Below, piece after piece: positions 19,961 through 29,402 of a stretch of 64,000 nt of DNA. The number at the start of each line of letters is the position of its first letter. Positions within the stretch are counted from its first letter, which is position 1. A model generated the notes under the pieces. The model was not told the DNA's origin. It saw nothing but the letters and a program-made list of their open reading frames with translations, and searched no databases. The translations under genes were made by a program, and so were the position numbers. This DNA comes from Candidatus Sericytochromatia bacterium (GTDB taxonomy: Bacteria; Cyanobacteriota; Sericytochromatia; S15B-MN24; UBA4093): contig JAKFBU010000001.1 of assembly GCA_036676985.1 (NCBI GenBank), forward strand, positions 32,001 through 96,000, read 5' to 3'.

Positions 19961-21223
19961 GTGGCCCGCCCCGTCAAACTCTTCATCGCGCTCGGCGTCG
20001 CCGGCGCCGTCGGGATCGCCGGCGTCTCCGCCATGGTGCTCAGCAAGGGCAAGGGCTCCAAGGAGCCCACGGCCAAGGTCGAGCGCGGCGAACTGAAAGT
20101 CGTCGTCTCCGAGACCGGCACCGTCCAGCCCCTGACCAAGGTCGAGATCAAGAGCAAGGTCGCGGGTCAGGTCGCCCAGCTCCTGGTGGACGTGGGCGAC
20201 AAGGTCGAGAAGGGCCAGCTCCTGATCCAGCTCGACACCACCGACATGGAGCGCGAGCGCGCCCAGGCCGAGGCGGACCGCGCCAGCGCCACGGCGCGCC
20301 TCGCCATCCTCAAGGCGGGCGCGCGCCCCGAGGAGATCGCCGAGGCCAAGGCCCAGGTCACCCAGGCCCAGGCCTCCTTCGACCGTGCCAAGGCCGACTG
20401 GCAGCGCAGCCAGGAGGCCGTGAAGGCGGGCACCATCACCCCGCGCGAGGCGGAGAGCGCCCAGAGCGAGTCCGACGCCACCCGCGCCCAGCTCGCGGCC
20501 GCCAAGAGCCGGCTTGCCAAGCTCCAGGCCGGCAGCCGGCGCGAGGAGATCCAGGAGGCTCAGGCCCAGCTCGACAAGGCCAACGTCCGCCTGCGGGCCA
20601 TGGAGGACCAGCTCTCCTACGCCTCGATTCGCTCGCCCATGGCGGGGACCGTCATCAAGCGCGGCATCGAGGTGGGCGAGATGGTCTCGCCGGGCGTGTC
20701 GGCCACGGCCCAGGGCACGAGCATGCTCACGGTCGCGGACCTGGACCGTCTGGTCATCGCGAGCAACCTCAATCAGATCGACGTGGGCAAGGTCCGCAAG
20801 GGCCAGCGCGTCGAGGTCCGCGTGGACTCGGCGCCGGGCAAGATCTTCGGGGGCGAGATCCGCAAGGTGGCGCCTGCTGCTGACAAGTCCCAGGACGGCA
20901 ACAGCACCATCCAGACCTTCCCCATCGAGACCATGCTGACGAGCACCGACGCCGACGTCCTCAAGCCCGGCATGTCGGCGGACCTGGACATCCAGGTGAC
21001 CACCAAGGCCCAGGCCCTCTATCTGCCCGTCGAGGCCGTGATCCGGGGCAAGGGCGACGAGGGCACGGTCAAGCTGCCCGGCAAGGACAAGAAGCCCGAG
21101 GAGAAGAAGGTGACCATCGGCCTGACCAACGACCACCAGGTCGAGATCCTCACGGGGCTCAAGGCGGGTGATACCGTCCTCATCAAGCCGGCCTCGTCGG
21201 CGGACAACAGCGTCAAGTTCTAG
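19961..21223 (+). CDS. MacA-type periplasmic adaptor (membrane fusion protein)
   Basis: GTVQP..VEIKSKVAG, GDKVEKGQLL, IRSPMAGTV, LKPGMSA, GLKAGD. Confidence 0.92.
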   Translation: MARPVKLFIALGVAGAVGIAGVSAMVLSKGKGSKEPTAKVERGELKVVVSETGTVQPLTKVEIKSKVAGQVAQLLVDVGDKVEKGQLLIQLDTTDMERERAQAEADRASATARLAILKAGARPEEIAEAKAQVTQAQASFDRAKADWQRSQEAVKAGTITPREAESAQSESDATRAQLAAAKSRLAKLQAGSRREEIQEAQAQLDKANVRLRAMEDQLSYASIRSPMAGTVIKRGIEVGEMVSPGVSATAQGTSMLTVADLDRLVIASNLNQIDVGKVRKGQRVEVRVDSAPGKIFGGEIRKVAPAADKSQDGNSTIQTFPIETMLTSTDADVLKPGMSADLDIQVTTKAQALYLPVEAVIRGKGDEGTVKLPGKDKKPEEKKVTIGLTNDHQVEILTGLKAGDTVLIKPASSADNSVKF

Positions 21224-21225
21224 CC

Positions 21226-22443
21226 ATGGTCGGCGAGTACCTGCGCCTCGCGCTCAAGACGCTCAAGGCGTACCGCATGCGCTCGACCCTGACGGTCCTG
21301 AGCATCACCATCGGCGTGCTGGCGGTCATCCTCCTGACCAGCCTGGCGCAGAGCGGTCTTGCGACGCTAGCCAAGGGCATCGAGGACATCGGCGGCAGCC
21401 GGTTCATCATGATCTGGGGGGACTCGCCCAAGAAGGCCGCCCGCAAGGCGGGCAACTACACCAAGGGCATGACCTACGCCGACGTTCAGGCCCTCCAGGA
21501 GCGTCTGCCGCAGATCGAGCGCATCACGGCCCTGTACCAGGGCGACAAGGTGAGCGTGCGCCGGCCCGGGGAGCCCGAGAAGCAGACGGACCTCATCGGC
21601 AGCGACCCCGCTTACCTGGGCGCCTTCGCCATGCCGCTCGAAGCGGGGCGCAACCTCACGGCCCAGGACCTCGCCGAGGAGGCGCGGGTCTGCGTCATCG
21701 GCGACGAGCTGGCGCAGAAGCTCTTCAAGAAGGAACAGGCCGTGGGCCAGCAGATCGTCGTCAAGGGCGATCGCTACCGCATCGTGGGCAAGCTGAAGTT
21801 CACGCCCAAGAGCGGCATGAACTTCGGCTTCAGCTGGAACGACCTGGTCATCGCCCCTCTCACGGCCCTGCAGCCCGACGGCCGGGTGGCCATGATCGCC
21901 ATGACCCGCCGGGCCGACGCGGGCTCGGGCGACCTCCTGGACCGGGTGAACGCCATCCTCCTGCACCGCCACAACCAGGTGGACGACTTCCAGATCTTCG
22001 ACATGGGGGGCATGCTCAAGGGCTTCTACGCCGTGTTCTACGGCATGATCCTGATCGTGGGCCTGATCGCGGGCATGAGCCTGGTCATCGGGGGCGTGGG
22101 CATCATGAACATCATGCTCGTGGCCGTGGCCGAGCGCCGGCGCGAGATCGGGCTGCGCAAGGCGGTCGGCGCCACGCAGGGCACCATCATGCGCCAGTTC
22201 CTGGTGGAGGCCATCGTGCTCAGCCTGTTCGGAGCGGCCGTGGGCGCCGTGCTCGGCGTCTTCCTGGCATGGCTCGCGAGCGTGGTCGGCCCGCAGATCA
22301 ACAAGAGCTGGGTCGGGGTGGTGAGCCAGCCGGCGGTGTTCCTTGCGATTGCAGCTTCTGCCGGCGTGGGCCTGTTCTTCGGGTGGTATCCCGCCAAGCA
22401 GGCGGCCGAGCTGGATCCCATCCTCTGCCTGAGGTCCGAGTAG
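21226..22443 (+). CDS. MacB-type ABC transporter permease
   Basis: RSTLTVLSITIGV, GGVGIMNIML, REIGLRKAVGA, PAKQAAELDP. Confidence 0.93.
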   Translation: MVGEYLRLALKTLKAYRMRSTLTVLSITIGVLAVILLTSLAQSGLATLAKGIEDIGGSRFIMIWGDSPKKAARKAGNYTKGMTYADVQALQERLPQIERITALYQGDKVSVRRPGEPEKQTDLIGSDPAYLGAFAMPLEAGRNLTAQDLAEEARVCVIGDELAQKLFKKEQAVGQQIVVKGDRYRIVGKLKFTPKSGMNFGFSWNDLVIAPLTALQPDGRVAMIAMTRRADAGSGDLLDRVNAILLHRHNQVDDFQIFDMGGMLKGFYAVFYGMILIVGLIAGMSLVIGGVGIMNIMLVAVAERRREIGLRKAVGATQGTIMRQFLVEAIVLSLFGAAVGAVLGVFLAWLASVVGPQINKSWVGVVSQPAVFLAIAASAGVGLFFGWYPAKQAAELDPILCLRSE

Positions 22444-22444
22444 C

Positions 22445-23677
22445 ATGACCTTCCTCGACGAGATCAAGAGCGTCTTCGCCACGCTCGCCGCCCAGCGCTT
22501 CCGCGCCTTTCTGACGCTCTTCGGCATCATCCTGGGCGTGGGGACGCTCGTGGTGCTCTCGAGCGCCGTCGAGGGGCTCGGCAAGTACATGGAGCGCGGC
22601 ATGCAGCAGGCCGCGGGCGAGGACATCATCAACGTCAACCGGCGCTGGTGGGAGGACGAGACGGGCAAGGCTGGAGTGCCGCTCAACCGCTTCGACTCGC
22701 GGGCGCTCGCGGGGGCCGGGACCCTCGGCGGGGCCCAGGTCCTCAACCAGTACTCCATGCGCGTGCCCTGGGGCGAGCGCTGGGGTCAGCACGTCTGGGT
22801 GGTCGGCAGCATGCCCGAGGCGCTCAGCTTCTACGGCCTCGAGGTCGACAAGGGGCGCTTCATCACCCAGGGCGACGTGTTCGGCCACACCAAGGTGGCC
22901 GTCGTGGGGCCGGAGGCCCTCAAGCAGCTCCTGCCGAACGCCAAGGATCCCCTGGGCCAGGAGGTGAAGCTCAAGGGCGAGCGGTTCCGGGTCGTCGGCA
23001 TCACCAAGAAGAAGCCCTCGTTCGGCAAGGGTTCGTTCCGCACCTGGGACGGCACGATCATCGTGCCGGAGACGACCTACATCGACCGCTTCGCCCGCAG
23101 CAAGGACCTGCGCGAGATCGTGGTCAAGGCCACCCCGTCCTCCCTCGAGGAGCTGGGCCTCGCCAGGCTCGCCTACGCGGTCAAGGCCATCGTGCTCGGG
23201 CGGCACCACGGCATCATGAACTTCGAGGTCACCGACCCGGTCAAGAACGCCCAGAGCCAGGCGGTGGTGGGGCTCATCATCGGGGGGCTGGAGGCGGCGA
23301 TCGCGCTTGTCTGCCTGGGCGTCGGCGGCATCAACGTCATGAACATCATGCTCGTGACGGTCACGCAGCGGACGCGCGAGATCGGGATCCGGCGCGCGGT
23401 GGGGGCCACCCAGAGCAGCATCCGGCGGCAGTTCCTCACCGAGGCCGCGATCCTCTCGGGACTCGGCGGGCTGCTAGGGGTCCTGGGCGGCGTGCTCGTG
23501 GCATGGGGGCTCGCAGGCGTCCTGAACCTGACGCTCGGCTACTGGCCCTTCATCTTCAAGCCGCTTCAGGCGGGCATCGGCTTCGGGGCGGCGCTGCTCA
23601 CGGGCATCGTCTTCGGGTGGTACCCGGCGCACCGGGCCGCGAACCTCGCGCCGATCGAGTGCTTGAGGTACGAATAG
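22445..23677 (+). CDS. MacB-type ABC transporter permease (second paralogue)
   Basis: RAFLTLFGIILGV, GGINVMNIML, REIGIRRAVGA, PAHRAANLAP. Confidence 0.93.
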   Translation: MTFLDEIKSVFATLAAQRFRAFLTLFGIILGVGTLVVLSSAVEGLGKYMERGMQQAAGEDIINVNRRWWEDETGKAGVPLNRFDSRALAGAGTLGGAQVLNQYSMRVPWGERWGQHVWVVGSMPEALSFYGLEVDKGRFITQGDVFGHTKVAVVGPEALKQLLPNAKDPLGQEVKLKGERFRVVGITKKKPSFGKGSFRTWDGTIIVPETTYIDRFARSKDLREIVVKATPSSLEELGLARLAYAVKAIVLGRHHGIMNFEVTDPVKNAQSQAVVGLIIGGLEAAIALVCLGVGGINVMNIMLVTVTQRTREIGIRRAVGATQSSIRRQFLTEAAILSGLGGLLGVLGGVLVAWGLAGVLNLTLGYWPFIFKPLQAGIGFGAALLTGIVFGWYPAHRAANLAPIECLRYE

Positions 23678-23679
23678 GG

Positions 23680-23740
23680 AACCGTTCGCCCCTTCGACAG
23701 GCTCAGGACAGGCTTTCGACCAGGCTCAAGACGAACGGTT
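23680..23740. repeat. CTTCGACAGGCTCAGG-type REP-like element inside a 9-bp inverted repeat
   Basis: AACCGTTCG / CGAACGGTT flanks enclosing CTTCGACAGGCTCAGG and TTTCGACCAGGCTCAAG. Confidence 0.7.
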
Positions 23741-23766
23741 TTGTTGTGGGTATACTCGCCGAACTA

Positions 23767-25386
23767 CTACGGCAGCGGCTTGCGACGGGCCTCCAGCGCG
23801 AAGACGTAGTCCGGCGCGAGGCGCCGCACGGGCCCTTTCTGCAGCAAGTCCTCGTACAGGTGAGTGGCGGCCGCAGGCGTGGTGGTCCGAACGTTGGTCG
23901 AGAGCCACACCTCGTCGTTGAACTGCAGCTCCGCGAGGGTCCCGTCCACCGTCGACAGCACGTAGAGCGAGCTCGTGGCATCCGGCCCCACGGCCGGCAA
24001 GTGGAAGAGGCCGTCGGAGTTCGGCAGGGCCCTGAGCACCTCGCGCAGGGTCAAACCGGGACGCACCCCGCCCGGCCCGTGGTACCACGCGCTGTCCACC
24101 TCGAAGGTCGCGACCTTGGCGCTCCGGTCGTACCAGACGCTCAGGCCGGCATAGCGCTCGAGCCCCCCGCTCTCGACGCTGCGAGGACGGCCCAGGCGCG
24201 CATGCACCGAGGCCCGCTCCTCTCCGATCCAGACGCGCCGGTTGGCGATCGTCACGGGCTTGAGGACGTAGGTCGCGGCCTCCACCGGGGGCGGCGTCGG
24301 GATCACGGGCGGACGCACCGTATCCACCGACGGCTGGTTGCGACGGGCCGCGAGCCACCGCTCCTGCTCGGCCCGCTCCAGGCGCTTCTTCTGCTCGGCG
24401 GCCAGACGCGCCTGCTCCTGCCGGGCGCGCTTCGCCTGCTCCGCCTCGGCCTGACGCGCCTGGGCGGCTTTCTTTTGATCGGCCTGCTTGATGGCAGCCG
24501 CACGGGCTTCCGCCGCTCGCTGCTCGCTGGCGAGGCGCGCGTGCTCGGCCTTCTGGCGCTGGGCCGCCTGGCGGGCCTGCTCCTGCTGACGCTTCTGCTC
24601 GGCCGCAAGCCGCACGGCCTCCTCGCGGCGCTTCTTCTCGGCCTCCACCCGCGCCGCCTCCTCGCGTCGCTTGCGGGCCTGCTCTTCGCGGGCCTTGCGC
24701 AGCCGCTCGGCCTCCTCTCGTGCCTGGCGCGTCTGGGCCTCCGCCAGCTGCCGGAGGAGCTGCTCGCGCACCGACTCCGCCTGGACGGGGCGAATCTCCC
24801 GCGGGGTCGTGGAGGGGGCGGGCTTCGGGGGTTCGGGGGCCGGCGTGGCAGGTACGGCGGCGTCACCCGGCTCGGGGGCGGCAGGCTCCGACACCGGCAG
24901 CTCCTCCGGGTCGGTCGGCTCCTCGGGACGGGGCAGGGCTGCCGAGGGCAGTCCCATGGACTCGAGGACGTCCGAGTAGCGGCGCTGGAGGTGCGGATTC
25001 TCCGGATACTGGGTGGCCAGCTCTTCGAGGGCCGTTCGGCCGGCCGGCGGGTTGCCCTCCAGGAGGATGAGCACCAGCGAGCCCAGGCGCGCGGTGCGAT
25101 CGTTCGAGTTGTCGGCGACCACGCGGGTCATGAGCTGCTTGGCCGTGAGGTAGTGGCCCTTGAGCCCCTCGTTGAGGGCCACGCTGGCCGGCGACACGGC
25201 ACCCCCCGCCGCCTGCTGCCAGGTCTCGACCAGCATGGTGGCGGCCTCGCGGTCGGCGTGACGGGCGATCGCCTGCAGCACCCGCTCCTCGAGGTCCGAG
25301 ATCGCGGGCGCGGCGATCGCCGACCGCGCCATCAGCAGCAGGACGCCCAGCGTCAGCCACCACTTGCGAATACTGCGCCTCTCCAC
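23767..25386 (-). CDS. Secreted protein: TPR-like N-domain, Pro/Glu linker, TolA-like charged helix, C-terminal alpha/beta domain
   Basis: Signal peptide ending AIA; long E/Q/R/A-rich stretch; GEERASVHARLGRP and GLTLREVLRALP repeated sub-domains. Confidence 0.7.
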   Translation of the reverse strand: MERRSIRKWWLTLGVLLLMARSAIAAPAISDLEERVLQAIARHADREAATMLVETWQQAAGGAVSPASVALNEGLKGHYLTAKQLMTRVVADNSNDRTARLGSLVLILLEGNPPAGRTALEELATQYPENPHLQRRYSDVLESMGLPSAALPRPEEPTDPEELPVSEPAAPEPGDAAVPATPAPEPPKPAPSTTPREIRPVQAESVREQLLRQLAEAQTRQAREEAERLRKAREEQARKRREEAARVEAEKKRREEAVRLAAEQKRQQEQARQAAQRQKAEHARLASEQRAAEARAAAIKQADQKKAAQARQAEAEQAKRARQEQARLAAEQKKRLERAEQERWLAARRNQPSVDTVRPPVIPTPPPVEAATYVLKPVTIANRRVWIGEERASVHARLGRPRSVESGGLERYAGLSVWYDRSAKVATFEVDSAWYHGPGGVRPGLTLREVLRALPNSDGLFHLPAVGPDATSSLYVLSTVDGTLAELQFNDEVWLSTNVRTTTPAAATHLYEDLLQKGPVRRLAPDYVFALEARRKPLP

Positions 25387-25544
25387 CCGTTTCCTCCCCT
25401 GGATGCGTGCTCACACCTCAATTTACCCAGCCGCGACCCGATCGTCTTGCGGGCGCACGTGGTCCGACCCTTTGCTTCGATTTAACGTCAGCTTGACACC
25501 CCCCGACCGATAACGCTCTTACGTACCGTCCGCAGGGGAGTCGT

Positions 25545-26306
25545 ATGGATCGCATCGCCGCCCAGAGCCTGATGTCCAAGCTGCTGAAGCCGATCTTCCG
25601 GCCGGATCAGCAGTACGAGGTCACGGCCGCCGCGCGTCAGGCCATCGACACCAACCGTGACGGCAAGGTCACCAACGAAGAATTGCTCGAGGGCCTCGTC
25701 CGCGACCAGGTGTCCCTGGACCCCCGGGTCCGCGAGATCCTCGCCAACCGCTCCCGGATGGAGATCGATCGCGCCATCGCTCCGCGCGACAAGAGCGCCT
25801 CGTTCGGCACCGTCGAGCAGTGCATGGAGTTCGCCATGCGCTACTTCCGGGAGTCCCGCGCCAAGGCGGGCAAGTCCGGCAGCTCCTTCGACGCCGATTT
25901 TGGCGCCCAGCACAACCTGGCCGACGACCTGCGCCTCATGGCCTCGGACCCATCCCTCAAGGGGGGCTACAACGGCTACCTCAACGACGGCACGATCCCC
26001 CCGCGCGCGGGTGACGTGCTCGTCGCCGAGAGCCTGAACGGCGAAGAGTTCCACATCGCGCTTGTGACCGAGGTCGTGCCCAAGGGCAGCCAGTGGGAGG
26101 TCACGGTCTACGAGGCGAACGTCCCCTTCAACACCAACGCCTCCCGTCCCGAGGACCACCTGCACAAGTTGCCCCTGACCAACCACAACGGGACCTGGTC
26201 CATGCCGGCCCTGCCCACGAGCCGCCAGGGCTACAGCAACGACATGTTCGTCGTGGGCTGGATCCACCCGGAAGGCAACAAGGCCCTTCCCGGCGCCGCC
26301 GACTAG
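25545..26306 (+). CDS. EF-hand plus CHAP-like cysteine amidase
   Basis: DTNRDGKVTNEE EF-hand; EQCMEFAMRY (Cys), PRAGDVLV, FHIALV (His), VYEAN (Glu), GWIH. Confidence 0.72.
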   Translation: MDRIAAQSLMSKLLKPIFRPDQQYEVTAAARQAIDTNRDGKVTNEELLEGLVRDQVSLDPRVREILANRSRMEIDRAIAPRDKSASFGTVEQCMEFAMRYFRESRAKAGKSGSSFDADFGAQHNLADDLRLMASDPSLKGGYNGYLNDGTIPPRAGDVLVAESLNGEEFHIALVTEVVPKGSQWEVTVYEANVPFNTNASRPEDHLHKLPLTNHNGTWSMPALPTSRQGYSNDMFVVGWIHPEGNKALPGAAD

Positions 26307-26342
26307 CGTTTTAGCCCCGCCCGCCAGGGGCATGGGAAGCGC

Positions 26343-27440
26343 ATGGAAGTCGTTCGCTTCGAGTACCATCCGCAGCTCCTCGAGAGCTTCATCGACCTGC
26401 CCTACCGGCTGCACGGGTCGGATCCCCACTGGATCCCGCCCTTCCGGGACTCCGTGCGCGGGCAGCTCTCGCCCGAGGCGACCTTCCGGCAGCACGGGCG
26501 GATGGTCCACTTCCTGGCCTACGAGGGCAAGACCCCGGTCGCCCGCTGCTCGGCCATCATCAACCGCCGCTACGAGGAGGACGGTGAGGCCATCGGCTTC
26601 ATCGGCTATTTCGAGGCGCCCGATCGCTACGAGGCGACGGCGGCCGTCCTCGCGGAGGCCGTGGACTGGCTGTCGGCCCAGGGGATCGAGACCGTGCGCG
26701 GCCCGCTCAACACCAGCACCTATCATCCCTACCGCTTCATGACCAAGGGCCAGGAGCACGGGGCCTTCTTCCTGGAGCCCTACACCCCCGCCTACTATGC
26801 GACGCACTGGGAGCGCTTCGGCTTCAAGGTCTGCCGGAGCTACGCCTCGACGATCGTCGACTCCGCCGAGTGCGCCGCGTCCTTGCAGCGGGACTACGAG
26901 CGCACCATCACCTCCGGCTTGCGCTTCCGAACGTTCGACCGGGCGCGCTTCGACGACGAGCTGAAGCTCATGTACGACCTGTCCACCCGGATCTTCACGG
27001 GGGCATGGATGTGGCGGCCCGTGACCTTCACGGAGTTCCGCGAGCTGTACGCTCCCATGCGCTCGATCATGGACCCGGAGCTCTGCTACTTCCTGTTCAA
27101 GGACGACGATCCCATGGGCTTCGTGTTCGGCCTGCCGGACTACGGGGAGGCCCTGCGGGCCATGGACGGCAAGAGCGACCTCTTGGCCAAGCTCCGCTTC
27201 CTCTCCAAGCGCGCCGGAGCCAAGCAGGCGCTGCTCAAGACCTTCGGCGTCATGCCGGGGCGGCGCATGGGGACCCATGCCCTCGCCCTGGCCCACGTCT
27301 TCCACCGTGCGGCGGCCGAGCGCGGGTACGCCCAGACGGTTCACGCCCTGATGCGGGACGACAACGTCAGCCTCAAGATGTCCGCCAAACGGGGCGGCGA
27401 GCCGTACAAGGAGTACGCCCTCTTCCAGCTGGAGAACTGA
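26343..27440 (+). CDS. YghO-like tandem GNAT-fold protein
   Basis: FIDLPYRL, DPHWIPP, GFIGYFE, VRGPLN, PYTPAYY, PYKEYALF. Confidence 0.8.
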   Translation: MEVVRFEYHPQLLESFIDLPYRLHGSDPHWIPPFRDSVRGQLSPEATFRQHGRMVHFLAYEGKTPVARCSAIINRRYEEDGEAIGFIGYFEAPDRYEATAAVLAEAVDWLSAQGIETVRGPLNTSTYHPYRFMTKGQEHGAFFLEPYTPAYYATHWERFGFKVCRSYASTIVDSAECAASLQRDYERTITSGLRFRTFDRARFDDELKLMYDLSTRIFTGAWMWRPVTFTEFRELYAPMRSIMDPELCYFLFKDDDPMGFVFGLPDYGEALRAMDGKSDLLAKLRFLSKRAGAKQALLKTFGVMPGRRMGTHALALAHVFHRAAAERGYAQTVHALMRDDNVSLKMSAKRGGEPYKEYALFQLEN

Positions 27441-27475
27441 AAAACGGCCCCGGGAGCGAGCTCCCGGGGCCGTTC
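27441..27475. terminator. Bidirectional terminator between convergent genes
   Basis: AACGGCCCCGGGAGC-GA-GCTCCCGGGGCCGTT with an A-tract on the left. Confidence 0.8.
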
Positions 27476-27484
27476 GGCGTTGTG

Positions 27485-29059
27485 CTAGCGCTGGATGTGG
27501 ATGGTGACGTCCTTGTCCCGGACCGTGAGCCTGCCCTGGGTGGCCATCACGTTGACCTTCTCGCCGATGATCTTGAGCTCGCGCTTGAAGGCGTAGGTGC
27601 CGGCCTTGAGGGCCTGCTCCCGGCCGTCCAGCTCGACCTTCACGCTCTTGGGCTCCAGGAAGAACATCACGTTCGAGAAGGGCCACGACAGATCGGAGCT
27701 CTTCATGGCCACCGGCGTCTGGCGCAGGACCACGTTGACGCCGCCCTTGCGGTAGTTCAGGACGTCCATCCGGTAGCCGAAGAGGGTCTGCCGGTCGATC
27801 TCGATGGGCGGAGTGGGCGAGCTGACGCGCATCCACTCTCCCCCCCTCTTGGGGTCGAGCTCATGGCCGCCGCTGTCCTTGACCTTCGTGAGCCCGGTGA
27901 TCGTGACCTTGGTCCCGGGGCTGTTCATGAAGTCCTTGTAGCTCGACGGGAAGCGGGTCCAGGTGTCCTTGGCCTCCGCAAAGAGCTGATCGTAGCCGTA
28001 GAGCTGCTTGGCGGTCGCGAAGAGGCGCGCGCCGTCCTTGTCGCTGAACTTGGCCACCCGGGCGATCGCCTCGTCCATGGTGTTGCCGCTCGTGACCATG
28101 CCCTTCCAGTTGGCGTTGCCGAGGCGATCCATCAGGAGGCCGAGCGCGGCGCCGGTCGCAGAGAGACGGGACCGGCGGGTCTCCTCGCTGTCGAGCGGCT
28201 GCGAGAGGCGGCCGATGATCCCGCGGGTGGCTTCGTCCTCGCTCTCCCACTTCATGCCGGGCAGGGTCTTGTGCTTGGACGAGGCGCCGTAGGCCGAGTA
28301 CTCGGTCTCGGTGTAGCGCATCGCGCCTTCGTGGGTCTCGGCCAGGCTCTCGTAACGGGCGAACTTGCGCTCGAGCTTCTGGTGGCGGGCATGGCGGACC
28401 GCGGCGAAGTACCGGGCGTGATCGTCGAGCTTCTGGGCGTTCTTTTCCTGGAGGGCGATCGAGAGGATCTTGTTCTCGAGGTTCGCCAGGGCCGTGTTCT
28501 CCACGTTGCCGGTCGGATAGTCCCTGCTCGCGCCGTCGGCGATCCGCTGGAACTCGGCGAAGTCCGCGAAGTTCTGCTGGGTGTAGATCGCGAACAGGGG
28601 CGCGAAGAACTCGCGCGGCTGGACGTCGTTGTCGTACGCCAGGTACTGGTACGGCATGAAGGCGATCTTGGCCCCTGCGAACTGGAGGTTCAGATCGCGC
28701 GCCTTCTCGAACTCGGGCACGGTGCCCCAGCGGACGTAGACGCGACCCTTGAGGCTCGCCGGGACGTTGGAGACGGCCTCGAAGCCCTTGGGAGGCCTGG
28801 GATGGTTGAACAGGAAGCCGCCCCGGCCCGGCTGGTAAATGGCGATGGGCTGGGAGCCCAGATCGAACCCGGGCCAGATCGCACCCTTGGTCTCCAGGGA
28901 GACGGCCCGCGCCTCGGCCAGCGCCGCGAAGATCTTCTGATCCACCGGCGTCGGGGAGGCCGCGATCGCCGGGGAGCTGAACATCGGAGCCAGTAACACC
29001 AGCGTACCGGCGACCATGGCAAACCGTTTCAAGATCGGAGGCTCCTTTCTCCTTGGCAC
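27485..29059 (-). CDS. Secreted hypothetical protein, possibly a degenerate gluzincin-like peptidase
   Basis: Signal peptide ending AIA; IWPGF, FLFNHP, HEGAMRYTE, SATGAALGLLMDRL; no HExxH; start uncertain. Confidence 0.6.
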   Translation of the reverse strand: MPRRKEPPILKRFAMVAGTLVLLAPMFSSPAIAASPTPVDQKIFAALAEARAVSLETKGAIWPGFDLGSQPIAIYQPGRGGFLFNHPRPPKGFEAVSNVPASLKGRVYVRWGTVPEFEKARDLNLQFAGAKIAFMPYQYLAYDNDVQPREFFAPLFAIYTQQNFADFAEFQRIADGASRDYPTGNVENTALANLENKILSIALQEKNAQKLDDHARYFAAVRHARHQKLERKFARYESLAETHEGAMRYTETEYSAYGASSKHKTLPGMKWESEDEATRGIIGRLSQPLDSEETRRSRLSATGAALGLLMDRLGNANWKGMVTSGNTMDEAIARVAKFSDKDGARLFATAKQLYGYDQLFAEAKDTWTRFPSSYKDFMNSPGTKVTITGLTKVKDSGGHELDPKRGGEWMRVSSPTPPIEIDRQTLFGYRMDVLNYRKGGVNVVLRQTPVAMKSSDLSWPFSNVMFFLEPKSVKVELDGREQALKAGTYAFKRELKIIGEKVNVMATQGRLTVRDKDVTIHIQR

Positions 29060-29402
29060 GTCCTCGAGACTGTTGGACGGCGGAATTCCGGACCCGTCGC
29101 CGCCGCTAGTCTAAGGGATTTTACCCAGATTGCTTGCCACCTAACGACAGTGCCCGGCGACCGGATCCCGACCCATTGTGCGCTTCTGGCGAGTAATCGT
29201 CCACTGAACCATTAGAAGCGTCCAAGGCATCATTAGGGGTCCAATAAATGTTCGTTAGATCCCGAAAGAAGCGAACAGTCAACGGGTATCTTGGAGATAC
29301 GAGCGAGCTTGAGCCCGCTCCATGGACCTTGACAACCGAGCTCCGAAAGCACCTTACCTCAGGCTCCCGCAGCGGCCTGCAGGCCATTTTGGAGGATCCA
29401 TC

